Shown here: positions 9,579 to 18,262 of the stretch, in pieces
Position numbering within the stretch: the stretch's first letter is position 1
How the letters are laid out: the number at the start of each line of letters is the position of its first letter
DNA from: Deltaproteobacteria bacterium
GTDB lineage: Bacteria; Desulfobacterota; BSN033; UBA1163
Reading direction: 5' to 3'
Assembly (NCBI GenBank): GCA_018333535.1
Contig: JAGXTA010000033.1
Coordinates: forward strand, 10,626 to 74,625
Length of the DNA stretch: 64,000 bases
Translations under genes and position numbers: made by a program
Notes under the pieces: generated by a model
Databases searched by the model: none
Told to the model about the DNA's origin: nothing
The model's input: the letters and a program-made list of their open reading frames with translations, nothing else

Positions 9579-10697
9579 ATGATTATTGGCGTACCTAAAG
9601 AAACCAAGGTCGCAGAGAGAAGAGTGGCCATGACGCCCCAGGGAGTGGATGCTCTGGTCTCTCATCATCACAGGGTTCTGGTCGAAAAAGGTGCAGGAGC
9701 AGGAAGTGGTTTCTCCAACACGGAGTATGAAAGAGCTGGAGCCATCCTCATCGAAAGCGCTGGGGAGATATGGAATGAAGCTGATCTGGTCGTAAAGGTG
9801 AAGGAGCCTCAGGAGCAGGAGTTTTCTTTCCTGAGACCCGGAAAGATTCTGTTTACCTTTCTCCATCTTGCGGCAAGCGAAGGTCTCACCCGGAGGTTAC
9901 TGGAATCGCGCATCATCGGAATAGGTTATGAGACGGTCCAGGATCGGGATGGCTCGCTTCCTCTGCTCCGGCCCATGAGTGAGATTGCAGGCAGAGCGTC
10001 TATTCTTGCAGGCGGGATGTGTCTGGAGGCGAGGCATGGAGGAAGGGGAATCCTTCTCTGTGGCGCTTCAGGCGTTCCGCCAGCCAAAGTTGTCATCCTC
10101 GGGGCAGGAGTAGTGGGCGCCAATGCCTGCAAGGTGGCTGTGGGCTTGGGAGCCAGGGTTTCCCTTTTCGATATCCAGGCGGAAAGACTTCGCTACCTTC
10201 ATGATATCACCCAGGGCCATATCGCCACTTTCATCTCGAACCGGATGACGATCGAAGAGGAGATTTCGGATGCCGATCTGGTCATCGGAGCGGTTCTCAT
10301 CCCGGGAGCCCAGGCGCCGAGACTGGTAACCCGTCAGATGCTCAAAGGGATGCGGCCCGGGTCCGCCATCGTCGATGTGTCGGTTGATCAAGGCGGCTGT
10401 TTTGAAACGGCAAGACCCACCACCCATGAACATCCCACCTATATCGAAGAAGGGGTGGTCCATTATTGTGTGGCCAATATTCCCGGGGCTTATCCGAGAA
10501 CCTCCACCTTTGCTCTCACTAATGCAACGTTCCCTTATATCCTACAGATTGCAGATCTCGGATATGAGAAGGCGCTGGCAGAAAACGAACCCTTGAGGCA
10601 AGGACTCAACCTCATCGATGGAAAGATCGTATGCAGTGGAGTGGCTCAGAGTTTCGGCATGGCCTGCATTGCCAACCCGTTCTCTTCCTGTCCTTGA
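9579..10697 (+). CDS. ald: alanine dehydrogenase
   Basis: Start set at MIIGVPKETKVAERRVAMTPQGV, the canonical Ald N-terminus. NAD fold VVILGAGVVGANA; 372 aa. The ORF-track start at 9462 overlaps tctC. Confidence 0.9.
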   Translation: MIIGVPKETKVAERRVAMTPQGVDALVSHHHRVLVEKGAGAGSGFSNTEYERAGAILIESAGEIWNEADLVVKVKEPQEQEFSFLRPGKILFTFLHLAASEGLTRRLLESRIIGIGYETVQDRDGSLPLLRPMSEIAGRASILAGGMCLEARHGGRGILLCGASGVPPAKVVILGAGVVGANACKVAVGLGARVSLFDIQAERLRYLHDITQGHIATFISNRMTIEEEISDADLVIGAVLIPGAQAPRLVTRQMLKGMRPGSAIVDVSVDQGGCFETARPTTHEHPTYIEEGVVHYCVANIPGAYPRTSTFALTNATFPYILQIADLGYEKALAENEPLRQGLNLIDGKIVCSGVAQSFGMACIANPFSSCP

Positions 10698-10765
10698 AAA
10701 TTGCCCTCCGATATGATAAACCTGACCTATCGTTAGTCAGTTAGTCTCATAGTCATATAGTTATA

Positions 10766-10956
10766 CTCCAATCGAGTGAAAATATTTTGACAAAATCCCC
10801 TCTAACTCCCCTTTGCCAAAGGGGAGGACTTATTATTATCCCCCTTTGGAAAAGGGGGAATAAGGGGGATTTTAATATAGGGTTTAACAAACCTTTAAAT
10901 AGTCTCGCTATCATGTTTGCAGCTCAATCAAGCAATAATTTTTCACTCAATTGGGG
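10766..10956 (+). mobile_element. MITE family 1, copy A (191 bp)
   Basis: Identical base for base to the reverse complement of 40843-41033. Imperfect terminal inverted repeats: CTCCAATCGAGTGAAAA versus CCCCAATTGAGTGAAAA (reverse complement of the other end). 5-bp direct duplication TTATA at 10761-10765 and 10957-10961. Two internal GC hairpins. Confidence 0.85.
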
Positions 10957-11071
10957 TTATATAGTCTTTTTCCTTAGACTATTCGACTACACGACTATAA
11001 GACTATAGGACTCATGATACATCAAAAGGGTTTCATAGCCGTAACCTAACCCACAGACAAAGGATAGAATT

Positions 11072-11770
11072 TTGGAAGATAAAAAGTTGATCATTGCCAT
11101 TGATGGGCCTTCCGGCGCCGGCAAGAGCACGGTCGGAAAAGAACTGGCAAAGCGATTGGGTTATCTCTACATCGACACTGGAGCGATGTATCGCGGCGTT
11201 GCCCTGAAGGCGAAAGAAAGGGGCATCGAACCGGAAGATGAAAAGGCCCTCTCCCAGTTGGTCTCTTCGATTCAGATCTCTTTTACCTCCGGGGGAGAAG
11301 AGAACCGCATCCTCTGCGATGGGGAAGATGTCACCCACGCCATCCGTTCCCCTGAGATCAGTCGGTTTGCTTCAGAAATTTCGAAGAGCAGGATTGTGAG
11401 GGAAGCGCTCGTCAGGATGCAGAGGGAGATGGGAAAGGAAGGAGGGGGGGTGCTGGAGGGGAGGGATATCGGAACGGTTGTCTTTCCTGATGCAGACCTT
11501 AAATTTTATCTGGATGCGGACCCGGAGGAGAGGGGAAGGAGGAGATTCAGAGAGTTTTCGGAAAAGGGCGTGGAGGTAGATTTTAAAGAGACGCTTAAGG
11601 AGGTGGTCGAGAGAGACCAAAATGATATGAGCCGGTCCCTTTCCCCCCTCAAAAGGGCGGACGATGCTATCCTCATTGACTCCACCTGCCGCTCGGTTGA
11701 TGAGATCGTGGGAGAAATGTGCCGCATTGTCGCTGAGAAGAGGAGATGGGATGAAACTGATTATCGCTAA
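11072..11770 (+). CDS. cmk: cytidylate kinase
   Basis: TTG start. IAIDGPSGAGKSTVGKELA P-loop and YIDTGAMYR motif; 232 aa. Confidence 0.9.
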   Translation: MEDKKLIIAIDGPSGAGKSTVGKELAKRLGYLYIDTGAMYRGVALKAKERGIEPEDEKALSQLVSSIQISFTSGGEENRILCDGEDVTHAIRSPEISRFASEISKSRIVREALVRMQREMGKEGGGVLEGRDIGTVVFPDADLKFYLDADPEERGRRRFREFSEKGVEVDFKETLKEVVERDQNDMSRSLSPLKRADDAILIDSTCRSVDEIVGEMCRIVAEKRRWDETDYR

Positions 11771-12599
11771 ATCGGCAGGATTCTGCTTTGGCGTCAAGCG
11801 GGCCATGGATATGGCCCGCTTGACGGCCCGAAAGTATCCTCACTCTCTTTATACGTTGGGGCCGCTCATCCATAATCCTCAAGCCGTAGAGCACTTAGAG
11901 GGGTTGGGGATCAAGGTGAAGGAGCGGGTAGAAGATATCTCCGGAGGGACGGTGATTCTCCGCTCCCACGGGGTTTCATTGAAAGATCTTGAGAAAGCAA
12001 AAAAGAGAGGACTCAAGATCATTGATGCCACCTGTCCCATCGTTAAGAAGGCCCATTTTTTTGCAAAGTTCCTCCGGCGGAGTGGTTATGCCCTACTGAT
12101 TGTTGGAGATGCGGATCATCCTGAGGTTGAAGCCATCCGTAGTTATCTTGACAGTGAGGTGGAGGTGGTTGAGAGGCCGGAAGCTTTGAAACGACTGGGT
12201 CCATGGAAAAAGCTGGGAATCATTGCCCAGACCACACAGTCCTTTGAACTCTTTAAGGGGGTCGTGGCAGCCAGTTTGTCCAGGGCAAAAGAGGTAAGGG
12301 TGTTTAACACCATCTGTCATGCGACCACGATTCGACAGAAGGAAGCAGTGGAGATTGCAAAGAAGGTGGAGTGCATGATTGTTACGGGGGGCTACAATAG
12401 CGGAAATACTCAGAGATTAGCTGGGATCTGTCGCCAGATCCAACCCCAGACTCATCATATTGAAATAGCTCAGGAATTGGAACAAAAATGGTTGAGGAAA
12501 AAAGAGAAAATCGGGCTTACTGCCGGAGCTTCCACGCCTTCTTGGATCATTAATGAGGTGGAGCGGGAGATCAGGCGGTTAAAAGGCCAGAAGACTTAA
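11751..12599 (+). CDS. ispH: 4-hydroxy-3-methylbut-2-enyl diphosphate reductase
   Basis: Start at MKLIIAKSAGFCFGVKRA, the canonical LytB N-terminus, with AGGAG 6 nt upstream. 282 aa, overlapping the cmk end by 20 nt. Confidence 0.9.
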   Translation: MKLIIAKSAGFCFGVKRAMDMARLTARKYPHSLYTLGPLIHNPQAVEHLEGLGIKVKERVEDISGGTVILRSHGVSLKDLEKAKKRGLKIIDATCPIVKKAHFFAKFLRRSGYALLIVGDADHPEVEAIRSYLDSEVEVVERPEALKRLGPWKKLGIIAQTTQSFELFKGVVAASLSRAKEVRVFNTICHATTIRQKEAVEIAKKVECMIVTGGYNSGNTQRLAGICRQIQPQTHHIEIAQELEQKWLRKKEKIGLTAGASTPSWIINEVEREIRRLKGQKT

Positions 12600-12600
12600 A

Positions 12601-12827
12601 CCTAAATTGAGCGATTCATCCTATCTCACAAGGGGGGCAGAGATGCCTCAACCCCTTTTAGAATGCGATACGTTATAAATTTAGGGAATGGGCCTCGAAC
12701 TTTCACCCAACGGGTGATGATTGGGCAGGCCTCATGGTTGATTCAATCCATCAAAGGTGATCGCTCTAAAAGGCTTTTCGGCCTCCCTGCCCCCCTTGTG
12801 AGGGATGAAAAGATCGCTCAATTTAGG
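12601..12827. mobile_element. MITE family 2 (227 bp)
   Basis: Perfect 15-bp terminal inverted repeat CCTAAATTGAGCGAT, extending to about 40 bp with small indels (...CTCACAAGGGGGGCAG). 5-bp direct duplication TTAAA at 12596-12600 and 12828-12832. The first duplicate contains the ispH stop codon. Confidence 0.8.
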
Positions 12828-12836
12828 TTAAAGGAT

Positions 12837-12865
12837 TTGTAATTTCTTTATGAGTGTGGTATAAA
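12837..12865 (+). promoter_or_regulatory. possible sigma70-type promoter of rpsA
   Basis: TTGTAA, 17-nt spacer, TATAAA (TG at -14/-15), about 35 nt upstream of the rpsA ATG. Pattern match only. Confidence 0.3.
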
Positions 12866-12899
12866 CTCTTGGATTGCTTGGAAAAGGGGGTTTTATTGG

Positions 12900-14699
12900 A
12901 TGATTAAGAATGAATCAGCGCCTGCAATGGAAGAGCTAAAAGAAACTCCTCCCGGGGAAAGAGAGAGGGAAGAAGGAGCCAAGGATCTCCATCGCAGAGA
13001 AGAACCAGAAAGTTTTCAAACGCTCTATGAGGAGAGCTTTAAGGAGATAGCGGAGGGGCAGATCCTCAGGGGGACGGTCATCGAGATCACGCCGGATCAT
13101 GTCACTGTGGACGTGGGCTATAAATGTGAAGGCCAGATCCCCATGGAGGAGTTCCTGAAGAGGAACAGAAAGCTGGATGTGAAGGTGGGAGACCGGGTTG
13201 ATGTCCTCTTAGAAAAAAAGGATAGGGAGGGAGGGTTGCTCATCCTCTCAAAGGAGAAGGCAGATAAAGTCACTATCTGGAAAGATATCAGCCGATCCTC
13301 TCGTGAAGGCGAGGTGATTGAAGGAGAGATTATCTCCAAAGTGAAAGGCGGGCTCTCCGTCGATATCGGCGGCATCCATGCCTTTCTTCCGGGATCTCAA
13401 ATCGACTTGAAACCGGTTCACAATCTGGATGACCTGATCGGCCAGAGATTGACCTTTAAGGTAATCAAGTTCAACCGGAAGAGGAATAATATCGTCCTTT
13501 CCCGCCGGATTCTTCTCGAGGAGGGGAGAAAAGCTCAGAGGGGAGAGACGCTGAAGCAACTCAGAGAGGGAGAGATTGTTGAGGGGACGGTCAAGAACCT
13601 CACCGATTACGGAGCCTTCGTCGATTTGGGAGGACTGGATGGGCTTCTTCACATTACGGATATCAGTTGGGGAAGAGTCGGACATCCATCGGAGAAACTG
13701 ACTGTGGGAGAGCGGATCAAGCTGAAAGTCCTCCACTTCGATCAGGAGAAGGAGAAGGTTTCGCTGGGATTGAAGCAGATCCTCCCGGACCCATGGAATT
13801 CCGCCCTTGAGGATTATCCAGTGGGGACGCGCATTCAGGGGAAAGTGGTCAATATCACGGATTATGGCGTCTTTGTCGAACTCGAGGAGGGAGTCGAAGG
13901 ATTGGTTCATGTCTCTGAAATGACGTGGGGCAAAAAGATGAAACATCCTTCCAAGATCGTCCGGGCGGGCGACCTTGTGGAAGTCATGGTTCTTGATTGC
14001 GATCCTGTGAAACGCAGGATCTCCCTTGGGATGAAACAGGTCGAGCCCAATCCCTGGGACCTCATTGCTGAAAGGTATCCTCCCGGAATCCGGGTGACTG
14101 GAAGGGTGAAGACGATCACCGATTTTGGGATCTTCGTCGGATTCGGAGAAGGCGTGGACGGACTGGTTCATGTGTCGGAGATGTCGTGGACAAAGAAGAT
14201 CAAACATCCGGCCGAGCTTTTTAAGAAGGGGCAGGAAATCGAGGCCATTGTGTTAAGCATCGATCCGAAAAACGAGCGTTTCTCCCTCGGGGTCAAACAG
14301 TTGACCCCGGACCCCTGGAAAGAGGTGGCCCGGCGATACCGGAAGGGAGAGATGGTCAATGGAAGGGTGACCAATGTGACCGATTTCGGCGCCTTCATTG
14401 AACTCGAAGAAGGGATCGAGGGACTGGTCCATGTGTCCGAGATCAGCAGAGAGAAGGTGGAGAAACCTTCGGATGTGTTGAGGCAGGGAGAGAGGGTCTC
14501 TGCCATGGTCCTTCATGTCGATTCACAGGAGCGAAGGATCGGGCTCAGCCTGAAGGGGTTGAAGGAGAAGATGGAAAAGTCGGAGATTGAAAAATATATG
14601 TCGAATCAGGGGTCCACTTCAAACAGCCTCGGAGCCCTCATCCAGGAGGAGATCGAACGCCGCCGAGGAGAGAATTCCAATAAAAAAGAGGATGATTAA
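12900..14699 (+). CDS. rpsA: 30S ribosomal protein S1
   Basis: 599 aa with six recognisable S1 repeats (G..V.G.V..ITD(F/Y)GAFV.L..G(I/V)(E/D)GL(V/L)H(V/I)SE). Acidic N- and C-terminal tails. Confidence 0.9.
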   Translation: MIKNESAPAMEELKETPPGEREREEGAKDLHRREEPESFQTLYEESFKEIAEGQILRGTVIEITPDHVTVDVGYKCEGQIPMEEFLKRNRKLDVKVGDRVDVLLEKKDREGGLLILSKEKADKVTIWKDISRSSREGEVIEGEIISKVKGGLSVDIGGIHAFLPGSQIDLKPVHNLDDLIGQRLTFKVIKFNRKRNNIVLSRRILLEEGRKAQRGETLKQLREGEIVEGTVKNLTDYGAFVDLGGLDGLLHITDISWGRVGHPSEKLTVGERIKLKVLHFDQEKEKVSLGLKQILPDPWNSALEDYPVGTRIQGKVVNITDYGVFVELEEGVEGLVHVSEMTWGKKMKHPSKIVRAGDLVEVMVLDCDPVKRRISLGMKQVEPNPWDLIAERYPPGIRVTGRVKTITDFGIFVGFGEGVDGLVHVSEMSWTKKIKHPAELFKKGQEIEAIVLSIDPKNERFSLGVKQLTPDPWKEVARRYRKGEMVNGRVTNVTDFGAFIELEEGIEGLVHVSEISREKVEKPSDVLRQGERVSAMVLHVDSQERRIGLSLKGLKEKMEKSEIEKYMSNQGSTSNSLGALIQEEIERRRGENSNKKEDD

Positions 14700-14724
14700 T
14701 CCTTCAATGATCAATAGCTGAGGG

Positions 14725-14865
14725 AAAATTCGAAATCCGAATATCGAAATCCGAAACAAATTCAAATTTTCAAAATACAAATGTCTTAAACTTTCATTTG
14801 TTTTGAACATTCGAAATTTAGTCATTTGATATTGTTTCGAATTTCGGATTTCGTGCTTCGGATTT
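14725..14865. repeat. long imperfect palindrome of CGAAATCCGAA-type words between convergent rpsA and dtxR; possible bidirectional terminator
   Basis: Left arm AAAATTCGAAATCCGAATATCGAAATCCGAAACAA pairs with right arm TTGTTTCGAATTTCGGATTTCGTGCTTCGGATTT. A related word string is at 40606-40630. Confidence 0.6.
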
Positions 14866-14927
14866 ATTAACCGCTTAACCAAAGTTAACTTCGTTGCCAT
14901 TTTGCACATAATTTATTTCCCCAAAGA

Positions 14928-15638
14928 CTATACCTTCTTCACGTAGATATCCCTCACCACTTCCCCATCCAGAGCGAGTGTCGTTTCTCCGATCTGAAGC
15001 ACATAGGAAGGGTTCTTCTGATGCATCCGGAGAATGCTTCCGGGAACGATTCCCAGGACGCTCAGCCGATCAAGCCGCTGATGAGATCGGGGAGCGATGA
15101 AGACGATCCGGCCCTCCTCACCCAGTCCCAGCTCCTCAAGGGGGGTCACGAGGGGTTTCATCTCCTTTTTGAATTTGGCGCAACACTCTCCCCTCGGGAT
15201 TGGCTTTCCATGGATGCAAGTGGGAGGATGGCCGAGAAAGGTACAGACGCTCTCCGTCACCCCGGGGCTCAGGATATGCTCTAATTTGCATGCCTCTTGC
15301 TCCACTTCCTCTTCGGACATCTCAAATATTTCTGAGAGGAGCCTTTCGGTCAAACGGTGGCGACGGATGATCTCCCTGGCCTTCTCCTCCCCGCGTTCCT
15401 TAAGGATCACCTGGTTGCCTTCCACATCAAAGAGGTCATCCCTGATCATCACGCGGAGAATCGATTTTGCCTCCAGGTCCTTCCCCGCCTCAAGGAGCTG
15501 ATCGAGATCGGAGATTCCTCTCTCCCTCAACGTCCAGATAAGTTCGAGGATCTCATCGATCCGCTCCTCCTCAATCTCTTTTCTGCCACCCCATCTCATT
15601 TGATGGGGTCCTCCGGGCCAATCCGAATTCCGGTTCAT
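14928..15638 (-). CDS. DtxR/MntR-family metal-dependent regulator with C-terminal FeoA/SH3-like domain
   Basis: Start placed at MNRNSDW, which overlaps the upstream ORF stop as ATGA and has GGAGG upstream. IIRRHRLTERLL, EACKLEH and CIHGKPIP dimerisation/metal-site blocks. C-terminal FeoA-like segment GRIVFI...LGIVPGSILRM. Confidence 0.75.
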   Translation of the reverse strand: MNRNSDWPGGPHQMRWGGRKEIEEERIDEILELIWTLRERGISDLDQLLEAGKDLEAKSILRVMIRDDLFDVEGNQVILKERGEEKAREIIRRHRLTERLLSEIFEMSEEEVEQEACKLEHILSPGVTESVCTFLGHPPTCIHGKPIPRGECCAKFKKEMKPLVTPLEELGLGEEGRIVFIAPRSHQRLDRLSVLGIVPGSILRMHQKNPSYVLQIGETTLALDGEVVRDIYVKKV

Positions 15639-15826
15639 GGTTTCACCTTCCTCCATAAAGATTTGAAAAAATCGACCAGGGCAGAGCGTTCCTTATAGGA
15701 GTATCCGCAATGGGGGCAACAGAGAAGTCCGCAGTCCTTTGAGATGAGACATCCACTGCATTTCATCTCCGAATTGGAGAACTCTCCTCCGCAAAGAGGG
15801 CATCGATTAAAAGGGCTATGTTCCAT
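15635..15826 (-). CDS. small Cys-rich zinc-ribbon-like protein (63 aa)
   Basis: Spacing CPLC-x10-CSGC-x5-C-x3-CC-x2-C. Wedged between feoB (1-nt gap) and dtxR (ATGA overlap), so it is very likely co-translated. Confidence 0.55.
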   Translation of the reverse strand: MEHSPFNRCPLCGGEFSNSEMKCSGCLISKDCGLLCCPHCGYSYKERSALVDFFKSLWRKVKP

Positions 15827-15827
15827 A

Positions 15828-17801
15828 TCAGAGCCTCAGAAGTCTCAATAAAAAGTTTAGCAAGCCTCCCATCCCAAAAGCAACGGGAAAGATTACGGCC
15901 GTGATCCAGAGGGTCTTTTTAAATCCTCTTTCTTTGATCATCATGAAGAACTGGGCAATGCAGGGGATGAAGAGCGTGATCGTCACCAGACTGACCAGAA
16001 TCTGCCGGGGGTCGAGGAGCCCCTCCCTGGCGAGCATGAAGAGGCCGGCCGCCCCATAGTCTCTCCGGAGAAATCCGATGATGAACGCCTCTGTGGCTTT
16101 TGCAGGAAGCCCAAGGAAGTGGACGATCAGAGGGGTTGAAATCCGTTCGAGAAGAGCAAGCGCCTTTGTCTGATGCAGGATGAAGAGAAAGAGGGTGCCG
16201 AGGATGAAGAGGGGAACCGCCTCCTTAAGGTACCATTCGATCCGGGCAAGGGTTTTTACTACGATGTTTGAAATATTAGGGATCCGCAGGGGTGGAAGTT
16301 CCAGGATGAAATCGGAACCCTCGCCGGGAAGGAGCCTGGCTGCCAAATATCCGACCATGACCAGAATGGCCGCGATGAAAAAAATCCAGGTAAGAAGATA
16401 AAAGATCGGAAGCCCTGAAAACATGCCGAGGATAACTCCAAGCTGGGCTGAGCAGGGCACCCCGAGCGCTAACAAGAGGGTGACGATGGTGCGATCCTTT
16501 TCGGTATCGAGGATCCGCGTCGTCATCGTAGCCATGGTATCGCAGCCGAGTCCAAGGACCATGGGCAGGACAGCCTTGCCATTCAGCCCCATCCTCTTAA
16601 AGATCTTATTGCTCATCACCGCCAGCCTCGGCAGATATCCCGAATCCTCCATCAACCCGAAGATGATGAAGAAGCAGCCCACAATGGGCAGGACGATGGC
16701 GATCGCATAGGTGAGGGCCATGGTGAGGATTCCATAAGGGCCAACAAGGAGTTCCTGGAGGATGGGGATGGGAATGAATCGTTGGATGAGCCCGGTCAGG
16801 GGCGGAAGCAACCATTCTCCGAAGAGAGTTTCTTCCAGAAAATCGACGCTGATCTGGGCGCCGAAGACCCCGACAAGCTGATAGGTAAGAAAGAGGACGA
16901 GGAGAAGGATGGGAATCCCCCAGAATGGATGGATCGTCAGGTTTCCGAGAGAGGCGGAGAATGTCCTGGGAATCGCATCCGGAGATGTTTTCACCATGGA
17001 AAGAATTTCGTCCACCCTCCGGAGACGGGCCTGATTGATCAGGTATCCGATGGGATCCCGAAAGGAAGCCTGGACTTCCTGTCGAATATTTTCGATCCGG
17101 GCGATCTCCTCTTGGGGCAGGTTTTGGTGGAGCCATTGGGCGAGGCTTTCATCTCCTGAAAGAAGCATCAACGCAAGAGAGCGTTTGGAAATGGGGGTCT
17201 CGGGTAAAGAGGAGGCGATTCGGGAAACGCCATCCTCAATCGTTTCCGGGTAGGTGAGATCAGAAAAAGATACGGAACAGGACTGGAGGTTTTCCTTGAT
17301 CTTTTCCAGCCCTTTTTTTCGGGTGGCCACAGCCTTGAGGGCCGGCATTCCCAGATGCTCGGAGAGTTCTTTAAGATTGATGTCAATCCCCCTGCTTTTG
17401 GCTTCATCCCACATGTTGAGGACAGCGAGAAAGGGGAGCCCCATTTCCAGAAGTTGAAGGGAGATGAGGAGTCCTCTTCGAAGGTTTTTGGTGTCGATAA
17501 CCTGAACCAGGTGGGCCGGAGGGCCATGAAGCAGGATGTCGCGCGTGACCTTCTCATCTTCCGATGTGGGGATAAGGGAATTGATGCCGGGGGTGTCGAC
17601 CACCTGAAATTTTTTCCCTTTGGTGACCATGGCGCCGGTGGCTACTTCGACCGTTGTCCCGGGGTAATTGGAGACGATGACATATTTGCCCGTGAGATAA
17701 TTGAAGATGACCGATTTTCCCACATTGGGATTCCCGATCAGGATGATCCTCTCGCCGTAAGAGTCTTTCGAGGTTGCCTCTCGTTTACAGGATTCCATCA
17801 T
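15828..17801 (-). CDS. feoB: ferrous iron transporter FeoB
   Basis: 657 aa. N-terminal G-domain GNPNVGKSVIFNYLTG, DTPG and NMWD motifs, followed by a polytopic membrane domain. Confidence 0.95.
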   Translation of the reverse strand: MMESCKREATSKDSYGERIILIGNPNVGKSVIFNYLTGKYVIVSNYPGTTVEVATGAMVTKGKKFQVVDTPGINSLIPTSEDEKVTRDILLHGPPAHLVQVIDTKNLRRGLLISLQLLEMGLPFLAVLNMWDEAKSRGIDINLKELSEHLGMPALKAVATRKKGLEKIKENLQSCSVSFSDLTYPETIEDGVSRIASSLPETPISKRSLALMLLSGDESLAQWLHQNLPQEEIARIENIRQEVQASFRDPIGYLINQARLRRVDEILSMVKTSPDAIPRTFSASLGNLTIHPFWGIPILLLVLFLTYQLVGVFGAQISVDFLEETLFGEWLLPPLTGLIQRFIPIPILQELLVGPYGILTMALTYAIAIVLPIVGCFFIIFGLMEDSGYLPRLAVMSNKIFKRMGLNGKAVLPMVLGLGCDTMATMTTRILDTEKDRTIVTLLLALGVPCSAQLGVILGMFSGLPIFYLLTWIFFIAAILVMVGYLAARLLPGEGSDFILELPPLRIPNISNIVVKTLARIEWYLKEAVPLFILGTLFLFILHQTKALALLERISTPLIVHFLGLPAKATEAFIIGFLRRDYGAAGLFMLAREGLLDPRQILVSLVTITLFIPCIAQFFMMIKERGFKKTLWITAVIFPVAFGMGGLLNFLLRLLRL

Positions 17802-18247
17802 CCCTTTCTCCTGTGGGAGGTTTTCTTATGAGCGCATGGACCGCAGTAGCCATAAAGTTCCATCCGGTGATGAAAGATTTTGAAGCCATGGCCTCTTGCG
17901 ATCCGGTCCTGAAGGGATTCGAGTCCATCGTCTTCAAATTCGACGATCTTCCCACAGCCCAGGCAGATGAGATGGTCATGGTGGGTTCCCTCGTGGGTGG
18001 GTTCGTACCGGGTCTCTCCATCGGCAAATTTTCGCTCGGCGGCCAGACCCAGGCGGGTGAGAAGCTTAAGGGTCCGATAGACCGTGGTGTAACCGATCTT
18101 CGGATCCATTTTGGCCACCCAGGCATGGATCTCCGCAAGGCTCTTATGGCCGGTGGAGTTGAGGAAGATGTCGAGGATCTCGGCCCTCTGCCGGGTGGAC
18201 TTGAGCCCCTCTTCGGAGATCAGGGTTTTAAATCGGTCGGGTTTCAT
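17798..18247 (-). CDS. fur: Fur-family transcriptional regulator
   Basis: STRQRAEIL...TVYRTL winged helix. HHDHLICLGCG and CGPC metal sites. Stop overlaps the feoB start as ATGA. Start at 18247 (MKPDRF) is preferred because AGAGGAAA lies 5 nt upstream. The TTG at 18310 in the ORF track is an alternative. Confidence 0.85.
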   Translation of the reverse strand: MKPDRFKTLISEEGLKSTRQRAEILDIFLNSTGHKSLAEIHAWVAKMDPKIGYTTVYRTLKLLTRLGLAAERKFADGETRYEPTHEGTHHDHLICLGCGKIVEFEDDGLESLQDRIARGHGFKIFHHRMELYGYCGPCAHKKTSHRRKG

Positions 18248-18262
18248 GGATTTCCTCTTTTT

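Noticed and set aside
10787-11008. 73-aa ORF (and its mirror image at 40713-41057) encoding SPLTPLCQRGG...PLWKRGNKGDF
   Set aside because: It lies inside the MITE copies. The peptide is just the translation of GC hairpins, and the two copies would be read from an element with no start context.
13248-14207. 319-aa ORF on the minus strand
   Set aside because: It lies entirely antisense to rpsA. The purine-rich GAR/GGN codon bias of rpsA removes stops on the opposite strand. No motifs and no SD.
14725-14865. Possible CRISPR array among the short word repeats (also 28731-28858, 55641-55775, 21994-22076)
   Set aside because: There is no constant repeat length and no regular repeat-spacer periodicity. 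The words are shuffled and mutually inverted. No cas genes are present.
16606-17136. Alternative-frame ORFs inside feoB and inside the mrp-like genes (for example 33160-33723, 34704-34946)
   Set aside because: They are out-of-frame or antisense overlaps of well-supported membrane protein genes, with Arg/Pro/Gly-rich composition.
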